A stretch of DNA of 64,000 nucleotides from an uncultured Rhabdochlamydiaceae bacterium (GTDB taxonomy: Bacteria > Chlamydiota > Chlamydiia > Chlamydiales > Rhabdochlamydiaceae), in NCBI GenBank assembly GCA_963712275.1, contig CAVQHD010000001.1:736001-800000 (forward strand), in the 5' to 3' direction. Positions 20,701-28,997 of this stretch are shown here, one piece after another; position 1 is the stretch's first letter; each line of letters starts with the position of its first letter. Under the pieces are notes generated by a model. The model was not told the origin of the DNA. It searched no databases and saw nothing but the letters and a program-made list of their open reading frames with translations. The position numbers and the translations under genes were made by a program.

Positions 20701-22203
20701 AGCAATGACGTAGATTGAATTGATTTTAAAACCGCTAGGAGGCATTGCCTGACCAAGCGTGGAGGGAGAAAAGACGATGAGTCCTAATTTTTTTTCAGAT
20801 GCAGGCAATTTTTGATACGTTTCATAGTCCCAGATTGGGAAGACATTTCTCTGAAGGTCTGGGTGGCGGGGAGCCCAGCTATCGAGTAGAGTGTTGTAGA
20901 GGATGTCGGTTTCTGCTTTCGCGACATGGTAAAGACGAAAGGCAAGGAATGATTGCGCCTCAGGCAAATCATGCAATTTGATCACAAAATGGTGTAGAAA
21001 CGGTTTAATCTTCTCTCCTGATTGACGAGAGAGGGCTGCAATTTCATTAAAAATCAGTTGGTCTAGTCGCTGCTGGTCTAGGCCGAGAAGGTTGTCTCTT
21101 AAATTTTGAATATCCGAGTAAAGGTTGAGGGAGACAGCTGCTTGATTCCAATCGATGGTTAAACTCTCAATAAGTGGATGGCGTCCCTGTAAAGAAAATG
21201 TTTGCTCAGGTCCCATTGGAGTGGACTTTAGGATGGATGCCATGATTTCAAAATCTAGCGGAGACACGCCCCCTGAAAACTCTCCCATGTATTTACGAAC
21301 TAAAGTAGTTGTTTCGGAGAGAACGGTTTCTCGTTTAATCAAAAACTCCAATTTCTGCTGTTTGATAATATCGGCAGACGATCCCTCTTCAAATTTTTCC
21401 TGAGTCAAAGAAATTCGTTCGAGCCGTCCTTGGTCTTTTAAACGATCGAGTGTTGATAACCAAGCATCAATGAACGGACGAGATCCATTGTGTGAAAAAG
21501 AGGCAAAATACCGCTGCCTAATGGAGGGATTTTTTTCAAAGATTTTTGAGACATGAAGCAAATTTTGGCAGGCTTGGACGAGAAGGTCTTGAGCTGCAGC
21601 ATCTTCTGGATGGTTTAGAGCGGATTGAATGAGCGAGCTGTTTTCAGAAGGGTTTCCTAAAGCTGCCCCTAAAAAGATCAGCCGGTCGTTCATCAGAGCT
21701 CGATAAAATTCTGTTGGATGGCCTTGAGCGTCTTTCAGGGCTCCATACTGAAAATAGGCGCTCAGCTCATGAGGCTTAAAATGAATAGGAACGCGTCTTT
21801 TGACCGTGACTGTTTTACTTGTAAATTCTTGATCATGAAGCTGGAGCTCGGCTGGTGAAAATTCGATCAGTCTTCCGGCGCGAGGAAGAAAGCGGCGAAA
21901 TAGGTTTGCTTGCCCAAGATCGTTAAATTTAACCTGCACGAGTTGCGGACTTGCTGCATCGATTTGAATAGAAAGGGGTTTGACCCCAATCAATTTGGAA
22001 AAAGAGTCGATCCAGGCAATCGATTGGCTTTCTAAAGCGTTAACACGATCGGCGATCTGGGTAGCAACCGCTTCTGCCCGTTTCTGGTCAATAGGGGATT
22101 TTAAGGGTTTTGTGTAGAAAAAAATAGTTGGCAGAATGTTATAGACGGTTAAAATAAGTGCGCTGATAATCAAACAAAGATGCCATCGCTTAGGTCGTTC
22201 CAT
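17695..22203 (-). CDS. secDF: Fused SecD/SecF translocase with large chlamydial N-terminal region
   Basis: WGLDLSGG, AVDANVLVFERIREE, LGMDFTGG, GYSLNDTIIIFDRIRE. Confidence 0.95.
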   Translation of the reverse strand: MERPKRWHLCLIISALILTVYNILPTIFFYTKPLKSPIDQKRAEAVATQIADRVNALESQSIAWIDSFSKLIGVKPLSIQIDAASPQLVQVKFNDLGQANLFRRFLPRAGRLIEFSPAELQLHDQEFTSKTVTVKRRVPIHFKPHELSAYFQYGALKDAQGHPTEFYRALMNDRLIFLGAALGNPSENSSLIQSALNHPEDAAAQDLLVQACQNLLHVSKIFEKNPSIRQRYFASFSHNGSRPFIDAWLSTLDRLKDQGRLERISLTQEKFEEGSSADIIKQQKLEFLIKRETVLSETTTLVRKYMGEFSGGVSPLDFEIMASILKSTPMGPEQTFSLQGRHPLIESLTIDWNQAAVSLNLYSDIQNLRDNLLGLDQQRLDQLIFNEIAALSRQSGEKIKPFLHHFVIKLHDLPEAQSFLAFRLYHVAKAETDILYNTLLDSWAPRHPDLQRNVFPIWDYETYQKLPASEKKLGLIVFSPSTLGQAMPPSGFKINSIYVIAKGVDKILAQYEASPSGTEESAKEFLQDFNNLRTLLQKNGFIGYSGAAYPIASQFKSDFIFEHEDYYQDLLKATRESFSVHGTKRYALLEFSNFEERILTENKIDNQIHEELLKWRDDYRAARVDLKGAKKFDVPAPTKNVLWDNLKLSFVKYFRGDERKIIRWGLDLSGGKTVQLELRDTHNNLVTNESDIRQGMSELYNRVNKMGVAEVTIRQEGNSIALDFPGSQSLSAAELVKASSMFFHLVNEKFMLSPTLADATHRFLQDVWNEAVVTGKKESEEINTIACRHLYGESSGLEEAVQPRSAAAKTLYDAGLRLAFPQDGGGSSIFDETFSKIGCYRGDDFTDWHGQTHPLLIVFRNYALEGSSLENIRASYDSSKGNFLGFGVQGSSVTKDGAKLTPRDDLQAWTSQFAKEKISGTPLEAYSRGSGWRMAVILNGSVITAPTVDSVLRESASITGSFTQREISRLESDLKAGSLSFTPRILSEKNVSPELGSQERIHGIAATITALILAIGTMIAYYRFGGVVASVAVILNLLIMWATLQNLGATLTLAGIAGIILTVAMAVDANVLVFERIREEFAATGRIASAVHAGYRKALSAIVDSNITTIIAALILLNFDAGPIRGFAITLIIGIISSLFTALFMTRFFFSWWVLNPHHRELKMANLIRSTHFDFLRFTKPTLLVSAIVILVGTCCFISHQKTILGMDFTGGYALTVDLPISSQNNYRAQVEEALSNQGLSSQQFQIRELHPSNQVRIFLSHSLDQKGGPFYQTNAPINTEGYPYEGNAKITWIVQALQASNIQLSPAVLQDLGEHWTSISGQMSQTMQTSAVIGMSIALLCILAYITLRFEFKYAVSATLCLIHDVVFCLCVLALLNVLGLPLQIDLHTVAALMTIVGYSLNDTIIIFDRIREDVQAMRKRSLSEIINHALNVTLSRTLMTSGITLLVLIPLILLGGSTLFGFALVMAIGVVFGTLSSLFIAAPLMQFFHNREQESLSSES

Positions 22204-22280
22204 ATTTTAATCCTGCTAATGTTTGAGTCGTGTTCGGTACAAGAATACCTGAGCTGAATCGCAAACTTCAATGTAAAATT

Positions 22281-22500
22281 CAGGACATAGGAAACTAGAG
22301 CAGATATTTGAAACTTTTATCGAGACAGGCTTATTTCCATTTCTTCACCACAGAGACACAGAGAGGGATGAGATTGCACAGAGTAAAAAAATTTTACTCT
22401 GTGCAATCTCATCCCTCTCTGTGTCTCTGTGGTGAAGAAATGGAAGCAAGTCTGAGTGGGCAAAAGTTTCAAATATCTGTCCCAACTTCCTAATTCCCTG
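22281..22500. repeat. 220-bp hairpin element (family C, copy 2) with 10-bp flanking direct repeat
   Basis: Long palindrome homologous to 13023-13238; ATGTAAAATT at 22271-22280 and 22501-22510. Confidence 0.92.
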
Positions 22501-22581
22501 ATGTAAAATTCACTCGAGCTAGCTCTTATATCCTAGAATTGGTAAATTGAAGCCAGTTTTTAGATTTAAAAAAATATTTTA

Positions 22582-23322
22582 ATGAAAACAGAAGCTACTC
22601 TTTTGGAAACACCGAAATTAGACATGCAGAGCATGCCTGAACATGTTGCCATCATTATGGATGGGAACCGGAGATGGGCAATGACCAAGGGGCTTCCTCC
22701 GGTTGTCGGTCATTGGTATGGGGCTGAAGCGCTGTCTAAAATTGTTGAAGCAGCTGCCTCAATGGGTATCAAGACATTGACGGTGTATGCATTTTCAACT
22801 GAAAATTGGAATAGAGCAGAAGAAGAGGTGAGCTCGCTCATGGAGCTATTTCGGATGTATCTGGTGGCTCAAAAAGATCGAATGGTGCGAGAGGGGGTCC
22901 GTTTCAATACTATTGGAAATGTCGGATCGATGCCGTCTGATATTAAGAAAATTCTTAATGATGTGAGGGAAGCGACGAGACTAGGAGATAAAATAGATCT
23001 TGTTTTAGCTATCAATTATGGGGCCCGAGATGATATTCGTCGTGCAACGGTTTCAATTGTGAGTGACTGTCTGCAAGGGCGCCTGCAAAAAGAGGAAATC
23101 ACGGAGTCGGTGATCTCTCAGTACTTAGATACGGCTTCTTGGAAGCATCCTGAGCTTTTAATTCGAACAAGTGGAGAAAAACGGCTTAGTAATTTTTTAC
23201 TTTGGGAGATTTCTTACGCTGAAGTTTACCTTACCGATGTTTTATGGCCTGACTTTAATGAAGAGGAGTTGACAAAGGCCATCATAGAATTTCAAAGACG
23301 TGTGAGGCGCATTGGATGTTAA
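22582..23322 (+). CDS. uppS: Undecaprenyl/polyprenyl diphosphate synthase
   Basis: HVAIIMDGNRRWA, YAFSTENWNR, IRTSGEKRLSNFLLW. Confidence 0.97.
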   Translation: MKTEATLLETPKLDMQSMPEHVAIIMDGNRRWAMTKGLPPVVGHWYGAEALSKIVEAAASMGIKTLTVYAFSTENWNRAEEEVSSLMELFRMYLVAQKDRMVREGVRFNTIGNVGSMPSDIKKILNDVREATRLGDKIDLVLAINYGARDDIRRATVSIVSDCLQGRLQKEEITESVISQYLDTASWKHPELLIRTSGEKRLSNFLLWEISYAEVYLTDVLWPDFNEEELTKAIIEFQRRVRRIGC

Positions 23323-24161
23323 AAATAAAAAGCAAGAATGAGTTTTACCATCGTTTAATGAGTTCATCGATTGCGATTACAGCTGTAGGTCTTTTGGTGG
23401 GTTTTGCCTATCATCCATGGGTGAATGTTTTACTCGTTTTAACAATTGCGATTCTTACCAGTGTCGGTGTATGGGAGTATGCTAAACTAGCGCAAGCAAA
23501 AGGGATTGAGCCTGCTAAAACGTTGATGGTTGGTGTAGGTGCTATTGAAGTGCTCGCCTTTTACGCGGCAATTGCCTATCCTGAATGGTCTAAGATAACG
23601 CTTCCCATTATGGTATTAGGGTTTATCTCGTTTTTTGTTGCTCATTTCCGAAACGCTGAAAATGCCCTTCTTCATGTCGCCGTCGAATTTTTTGGGGTTT
23701 GCTACGTCTCGATTCCTTTTAGTTTTATGTTGGCGATTTTATATCCTTCTCATGCAGTAGAAGATGGCCGTTTTTGGTTGTTTTACTTAATTGCAGTGAC
23801 AAAAATCACCGATATTGGGGGGTATTTTGTAGGGAAACTTATAGGGAAACATCCACTGGCTCCTCAGCTGAGTCCTCGAAAAACGGTTGAAGGGGCTATT
23901 GGAGGATTTTGTTTTGCGGTTGCCTTAAGCCTCTGTTTTGCTTCGATTGCCAACCTCATGGGATGTCATCTCTCTCTTTTTAATGCAGCATGGTTAGGGA
24001 TAGTAATTGGAGTGCTTGCTCAGGTGGGAGACCTCGCCGAGTCGGTTTTAAAAAGGGATGCTTTAGTCAAAGATAGCAACAAAATTCCAGGAATTGGAGG
24101 CGTGCTAGATATGGTTGATTCTGTTCTTTTGACAGCCCCTATTGTTTATTTTTTTACATGA
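23316..24161 (+). CDS. cdsA: Phosphatidate cytidylyltransferase
   Basis: Multi-TM protein; SPRKTVEG, GDLAESVLKR, KDSNKIPGIGGVLD. Confidence 0.95.
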   Translation: MLKIKSKNEFYHRLMSSSIAITAVGLLVGFAYHPWVNVLLVLTIAILTSVGVWEYAKLAQAKGIEPAKTLMVGVGAIEVLAFYAAIAYPEWSKITLPIMVLGFISFFVAHFRNAENALLHVAVEFFGVCYVSIPFSFMLAILYPSHAVEDGRFWLFYLIAVTKITDIGGYFVGKLIGKHPLAPQLSPRKTVEGAIGGFCFAVALSLCFASIANLMGCHLSLFNAAWLGIVIGVLAQVGDLAESVLKRDALVKDSNKIPGIGGVLDMVDSVLLTAPIVYFFT

Positions 24162-25498
24162 TTGTCACAATTGATGGTCCAGCTGGGACTGGCAAAACAA
24201 CGGTTGCTCAAAAGGTTGCTCAAAAGCTGAAGCTCCCTTACTTTGACACGGGAGCCATGTATCGTGCGGTTGCCTACAGTCTCCTCCATGAGAAAATTTC
24301 TCTCTCAGATGAGAGGCGAATCAGTGAATTTTTGTCCGATTTTCAATTTGAGATCCGGTGGACTAGTGGACACTGCCGCTACTCAGCAAATGGGATGGAT
24401 GTCACGGAGGTCATTCGATCGCCAGCTGTGACCAATATTGTATCTGCTGTTTCAGCTCTTCCAGCTGTTCGTGAAGCCCTTTGGAAAATTCAACGTCGTT
24501 TTGCAAGAAGAAACGGAGGAGTATTTGAAGGGCGTGATATGGGGTCAGTCGTTTTTCCTGAGGCAAAGATAAAAATTTTTCTAACAGCTCGCCCTGAAAT
24601 TCGAGCAGAGCGCAGGCTTTCCGAATTAAAAGAAAAACGGCCTGAAGACGTAAAACAGATGACGCAGGAGCAGATGATCCAAGAGCTCTTGAGGCGAGAT
24701 CAGTTAGATTCTTCTCGGATCCTTGCGCCTCTCCAGTGCCCCCCAGATGCTTATCTTGTAGATACCTCAGCGCTCACATTAGATCAGGTTGTGGAGAGAA
24801 TTTTAGAATACTATCAGAAAAAAAGCTTGAAGCCTGCATGGGTCCGTCTCAAAAGAGTTCAACTGTTGTACCGCTTTGTTCTCCTGCTTACCTGGCTTTT
24901 TTGCAAGTTATTTTACCGTTTAAAGATTTACGGTCTTCAACATTTTTATCCACGAGGCGCGATTTTAGCTGCTAATCACGCCTCTTTTCTGGATCCTCCG
25001 ATTGTCGCCGTTTCATGGCCCGAAGAAGTTCATTTTTTAGCGCGGCAGACGCTCTTTCACAATCGATGGTTTGGAAGCTTTATTCGGCGCTTAAATGCCC
25101 ATCCTGTGACAGGAGAACCCGGCGATATTCAGGTTATGAAGACAATCTGCAGACTTTTGGATCAAGGGCATAAGGTTGTTTTATTTCCAGAAGGCACGAG
25201 GTCTGAATCAGGGGAACTTCAGTCTATCAAGCCTGGCATTAGCCTGCTTGTTAGCCGGTCTCAGTCGGCTATTATTCCTGTTTACCTTCATGGAACATAT
25301 GAGATTTGGGGACGAAAGAGAAAATTCCCTCGGTTATTTGGTCGAATTATTTGTGTGTTTGGGTCGCCTATTACCTGGGATTCTGTTGCCGGGATGGGGA
25401 AAAAAGAGGCTCAGCACCTTTTAAATCAAAGACTTGAAGAAGCGTGGCGCAATTTAAAAGCATGGACTCAGAAAGGGGCTATTGGAATTCCTCCTTGA
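24158..25498 (+). CDS. cmk: Cytidylate kinase / 1-acyl-sn-glycerol-3-phosphate acyltransferase fusion
   Basis: N-terminal IDGPAGTGKT, DTGAMYR and EGRDMG; C-terminal NHASFLD and FPEGTRS, all in one uninterrupted ORF. Confidence 0.92.
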   Translation: MIVTIDGPAGTGKTTVAQKVAQKLKLPYFDTGAMYRAVAYSLLHEKISLSDERRISEFLSDFQFEIRWTSGHCRYSANGMDVTEVIRSPAVTNIVSAVSALPAVREALWKIQRRFARRNGGVFEGRDMGSVVFPEAKIKIFLTARPEIRAERRLSELKEKRPEDVKQMTQEQMIQELLRRDQLDSSRILAPLQCPPDAYLVDTSALTLDQVVERILEYYQKKSLKPAWVRLKRVQLLYRFVLLLTWLFCKLFYRLKIYGLQHFYPRGAILAANHASFLDPPIVAVSWPEEVHFLARQTLFHNRWFGSFIRRLNAHPVTGEPGDIQVMKTICRLLDQGHKVVLFPEGTRSESGELQSIKPGISLLVSRSQSAIIPVYLHGTYEIWGRKRKFPRLFGRIICVFGSPITWDSVAGMGKKEAQHLLNQRLEEAWRNLKAWTQKGAIGIPP

Positions 25499-25512
25499 GA
25501 AAAGGGAGAAAA

Positions 25513-25596
25513 TGCGGCCAAGATGATTTGAACATCCACCGAGTTGCCTCGACTAGAACCTGAATCTAGCGCGTCTGCCAGTTCCGCCATGGCCGC
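25513..25596 (-). tRNA. tRNA-Leu (CAG)
   Basis: Acceptor stem GCGGCCA/TGGCCGC, anticodon arm CTAGA-TTCAGGT-TCTAG, long variable arm, TTCAAAT T-loop; CCA not encoded. Confidence 0.95.
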
Positions 25597-25603
25597 TTTG
25601 TAT

Positions 25604-25659
25604 GAGGGAGCTTGCAAAACTCCGATTTAACCTCCAAAGCGAGTTTTGAGAGCTCCTTC
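25604..25659. repeat. 56-bp internally deleted MITE
   Basis: Imperfect 19-bp IR GAGGGAGCTTGCAAAACTC; shares CCTCCAAAGCGAGTTTTG with element 43703-43869. Confidence 0.75.
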
Positions 25660-25768
25660 ATAAGAATGAGAATAATACCATTCCTATCCTTTTTCGTTGC
25701 TTGCTTTTTCGTGTTAATTTGGTATAGTTGGGGTCTAAGACAGCTTCTAAGCAGCAGAGAGGATTAGG

Positions 25769-26098
25769 ATGAGCGAGCATATCAAGCATATAACGGAAGA
25801 TCATTTTGAATCGACGATTAAGACAGGGGCGACGCTTGTTGACTTTTATGCAGATTGGTGTGGCCCATGCCGCATGATCACCCCTCACCTTGAATCTTTA
25901 GCAAAAGAACTGCAGGGGCAAGTCACCATTGTAAAAATTGATGTAGACCATGCTCAACGGGTTGCATCTACCTATCAAGTCACTTCAATTCCAACGCTTA
26001 TTCTCTTCCACAATGGAAAAGAAACTGGTCGGATTGTTGGAGTCAGAGACGCAAAGGCGATTAAAGAATTTATCCAGGCGGCTAAGAAGCTGCCTTAA
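25769..26098 (+). CDS. trxA: Thioredoxin
   Basis: DFYADWCGPC active site. Confidence 0.97.
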   Translation: MSEHIKHITEDHFESTIKTGATLVDFYADWCGPCRMITPHLESLAKELQGQVTIVKIDVDHAQRVASTYQVTSIPTLILFHNGKETGRIVGVRDAKAIKEFIQAAKKLP

Positions 26099-26122
26099 AA
26101 CTTAGGTTTCTAGGACAGTTTC

Positions 26123-26195
26123 TATACTGCGCCCACCCCAAAAGTGTGAATTTTGGCACAGCCGAAATTCACACTTTTGGGGTGGGCGCAGTATA
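26123..26195. repeat. 73-bp near-perfect palindrome between convergent genes
   Basis: 35-bp arms (one T-G pair) around an ACA loop; TATA at both ends. Confidence 0.85.
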
Positions 26196-26207
26196 AAAAG
26201 CAGTCCC

Positions 26208-26423
26208 TTATTCATCTGTTAAAGCACGGTATTCCAGCAAATCGCCTGGTTGGCAATCGAGGACTTTACAGATACTTTCAAGAGTAGAGAACCTTAAAGC
26301 TCGGGCCTTCCCTGTTTTTAAAATAGAGAGATTTTGCTCAGTAATTCCAATCGCTTCGGCGAGTTCTTTTGAGCGCATTTTCTTTTTTGCTAAAGCTAGA
26401 TCAAGATTAATAATAATTGGCAT
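26208..26423 (-). CDS. XRE-family HTH regulator (YozG-like)
   Basis: ELAEAIGITEQNLSILKTGKARALRFSTL...CQPGDLL; the typical partner of DUF2975 genes. Confidence 0.9.
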   Translation of the reverse strand: MPIIINLDLALAKKKMRSKELAEAIGITEQNLSILKTGKARALRFSTLESICKVLDCQPGDLLEYRALTDE

Positions 26424-26829
26424 AATTTTTTTTAATTAGACAACACGCTCGTTTGTATAGAAATAAATTTTAGGATACCATATTAACCTATCTGCAATAT
26501 TCTTGGTAGGCAAGAAAAAAATAGATACCCCTCCTTGGCAGAAAGGAAGGTAGGATAGGGATTTTTAAGTGCTGCCAAAAAGCAGATCTCATGTTTCTCA
26601 CTGTCTACCGTCACATCCCGGGTTTTTTTTTGCACTTCAATAGTTCTCGTTTTTGAGGAGTATAGCTAACTCCTTCTTTACAAAAAACCCAGGAATTTAA
26701 AGAGCCATAAGATTAACGATGTGAACGATATAACGATAAGAATGACAGTCTCTAAACCATTCCATGATATTCTTCTTCTAGACGACGCCCTTCTTCTATC
26801 ACTTGGGCAACTAAAATGATAAGAAAAGC

Positions 26830-28404
26830 GAGGGAATTGCAAAACTAGAAACGAAAAAGTGATTTTTCGGGGATAGTGAATGCAAACCGGTTGGCAGGCC
26901 CCGAAAAATCACTTTTTCGATTCCAGTCTCGTAATTTTAGATGTTTTATCCAAAAAATCTTCACTGTGAGAACAAGCGGGAGCCCATTTGATCATTGGCC
27001 AGAAGACTTTTTCACCCTACAGCAAGATTACGTGACCAATTTCATCAATTGGTCGGCTGTCAATACCAACACGCCAAACATAAGATGGCACGCAACCTTA
27101 CTAAGTCCGCGCACCCTGAGTTTGCAAGCACCAAATTCATCTTTCAGACGAGAATTGGTTCGTTCCGCAGCTGTCCTTTCATTATAACGCAGTGTTTCTG
27201 GGAAAATTAAATTCAGAGTTCTTCTTGCAAGACTTTCCGCTTCAAGGTCTTTTTTGAGCTGTTTGTCTGCTCTTGGATTCTTATCGATTAGGGGCTTGTG
27301 TCCGAGAGATTGGCTATGTGCGATAATACCTGGGATGTCGTAAGCGGCATCCATGAGGTCATAGCAGTTGATGATTCTCGTGGCAGTTAAAGTGGCCAGA
27401 GGAATTGCAACCTGACTGTCATGAACTGAAGCTGAAGTAACAATAGCGCTGACAGGGATGCCTCCGTCAATGGTATCTAAATGTAACTTGTAGCCAGTCC
27501 AGTACATTGTATTACCTTTGCTGTCTTTTTTAGCACCTTTGTCGCATGCTGTCGGTAAATCAGCCAGCATTTCTTCTAGCGTCATCGTTTTTTGTCTGTC
27601 TATGCGCGTAGGTTCGGGTTTGGCTCGTTTTTGGCCTTTTTTAGGGCGACCTTTTTTCTTTGGCTCCAATTCCTGATCCGGATCTTCACTGTTTTGCGTT
27701 GCCTTGTTCTTAGTTTTGGTTTGCGGCCGTTCTCGAGCCTCGATTGCGGTTGAATCGCGTGAATTATGCAAAACGACTTCGTTTTTCAATGTCTTTACAA
27801 TCAGCGCCTCATGTGCGCGCTGAGGAAGCCCTGTTTTAGCAAACTCAGTGAAGGCTCTAGAAAAAGTAGCCTCACTAGGCAGTTCAGACAGAGATTCCCA
27901 CCCACAAATACGTCGTAGGTTTTTATCGCTTTTCAAGCGATCAATCAAAAATGTTGTCGTATCGAGATTGTATACCATTTTAACAACGAATGATCTGGCA
28001 ATTGCTGAACGTGTTTTTTGTGGGCGGCCCTCACATCCGTAATAGCAAGGAAGAAAGTCTTCGATGCGTACCACTTCCAAAATAGAAACCAATTGTTGCT
28101 GCTTTTCTGTCAGTGGATCGAGCTCTTCTTCTAACCAAGCGAAAAGAGAGCCTTGAATTTTTTCCCAATATTTTGATAAAGTGTCTGTCAGCTGACCCAC
28201 GTGGTTTGCTCCTTGCTCTGATGTGATTGTTTGTCAGAAAGCTAATTATATCAGACGCAAGGTGTTTGTTAAAAGTGACTTGTGGTTGAAAATCGCAACG
28301 CTATTACAGAAATGACGAAAGGGAAGACTTTTTCGGAGTTGCTGTAGGTTTTGCTAAAACGGACCCGAAAAAGTCTTCCCTTTCGTTAGTTTTGCAATTC
28401 CCTC
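26830..28404 (-). mobile_element. Insertion sequence copy 2 (1575 bp)
   Basis: Same 18-bp IR as copy 1; 4-bp direct repeat AAGC at 26826-26829 and 28405-28408. Confidence 0.95.
27028..28200 (-). CDS. DDE transposase
   Basis: Protein identical to 4315-5487. Confidence 0.93.
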   Translation of the reverse strand: MGQLTDTLSKYWEKIQGSLFAWLEEELDPLTEKQQQLVSILEVVRIEDFLPCYYGCEGRPQKTRSAIARSFVVKMVYNLDTTTFLIDRLKSDKNLRRICGWESLSELPSEATFSRAFTEFAKTGLPQRAHEALIVKTLKNEVVLHNSRDSTAIEARERPQTKTKNKATQNSEDPDQELEPKKKGRPKKGQKRAKPEPTRIDRQKTMTLEEMLADLPTACDKGAKKDSKGNTMYWTGYKLHLDTIDGGIPVSAIVTSASVHDSQVAIPLATLTATRIINCYDLMDAAYDIPGIIAHSQSLGHKPLIDKNPRADKQLKKDLEAESLARRTLNLIFPETLRYNERTAAERTNSRLKDEFGACKLRVRGLSKVACHLMFGVLVLTADQLMKLVT

Positions 28405-28997
28405 AAGCAAGAAACAAATTTTCTACCTCGATTAAATTGGCTGTTGGAATTGTGAGTTTTTGCCCTGGCAAGATCAGAATATAATTACGTATGACAATAT
28501 AAAAAGGATGGATGAGCTGGCTGAAGAGGAGAATATATCCAATTTGGCGGATGTAACAGACCGTATTTTTCGTGAAGAATTGAAGCTTTTCATAGAGCTG
28601 AAATAGCTTTATCAAAATCAAGAAAATCGCGAAGAAAAAAGAGTTCTGGACTAAATCAATTAAAAAACCAACTATTTTGAGATGCAGTGGTAAGTGATTG
28701 AGTGAAAGAGTGGAAAATTCGATATCCCGTTTTGTTATGACCAGCTGTCTAATCCACAGATCATCATAAATCCAAAACATCGCAGTGGAAAGAAGAGAAC
28801 AGAAAATTCCTATTATGCAGGCAAATTTCAATAATCGACTAAAAAGCTGGATTTTCTGACTATTTTTCATAAACCTCTCTGAACAGCGCAAATTCTCCCC
28901 TAAGCTTAGAGGGAGCATCTTTTTTGGAGTATTATCGAAAGAAATGAATTTTTTATCAACAATCAATCATAAAGAGGTAGGAAAAAACGTTAGTTTT

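Larger units (their letters stand above)
26752..28870 (-). pseudogene. DUF2975-family membrane protein split by IS copy 2
   Basis: Removing the IS and one AAGC copy joins ...ENLFLA to FLIILVAQVIEEGRRLEEEYHGMV*. Confidence 0.85.

Noticed and set aside
17695..22203. Unusually long SecDF suggesting an intein or novel fusion
   Set aside because: A large N-terminal region is typical of chlamydial SecDF; no intein motifs seen
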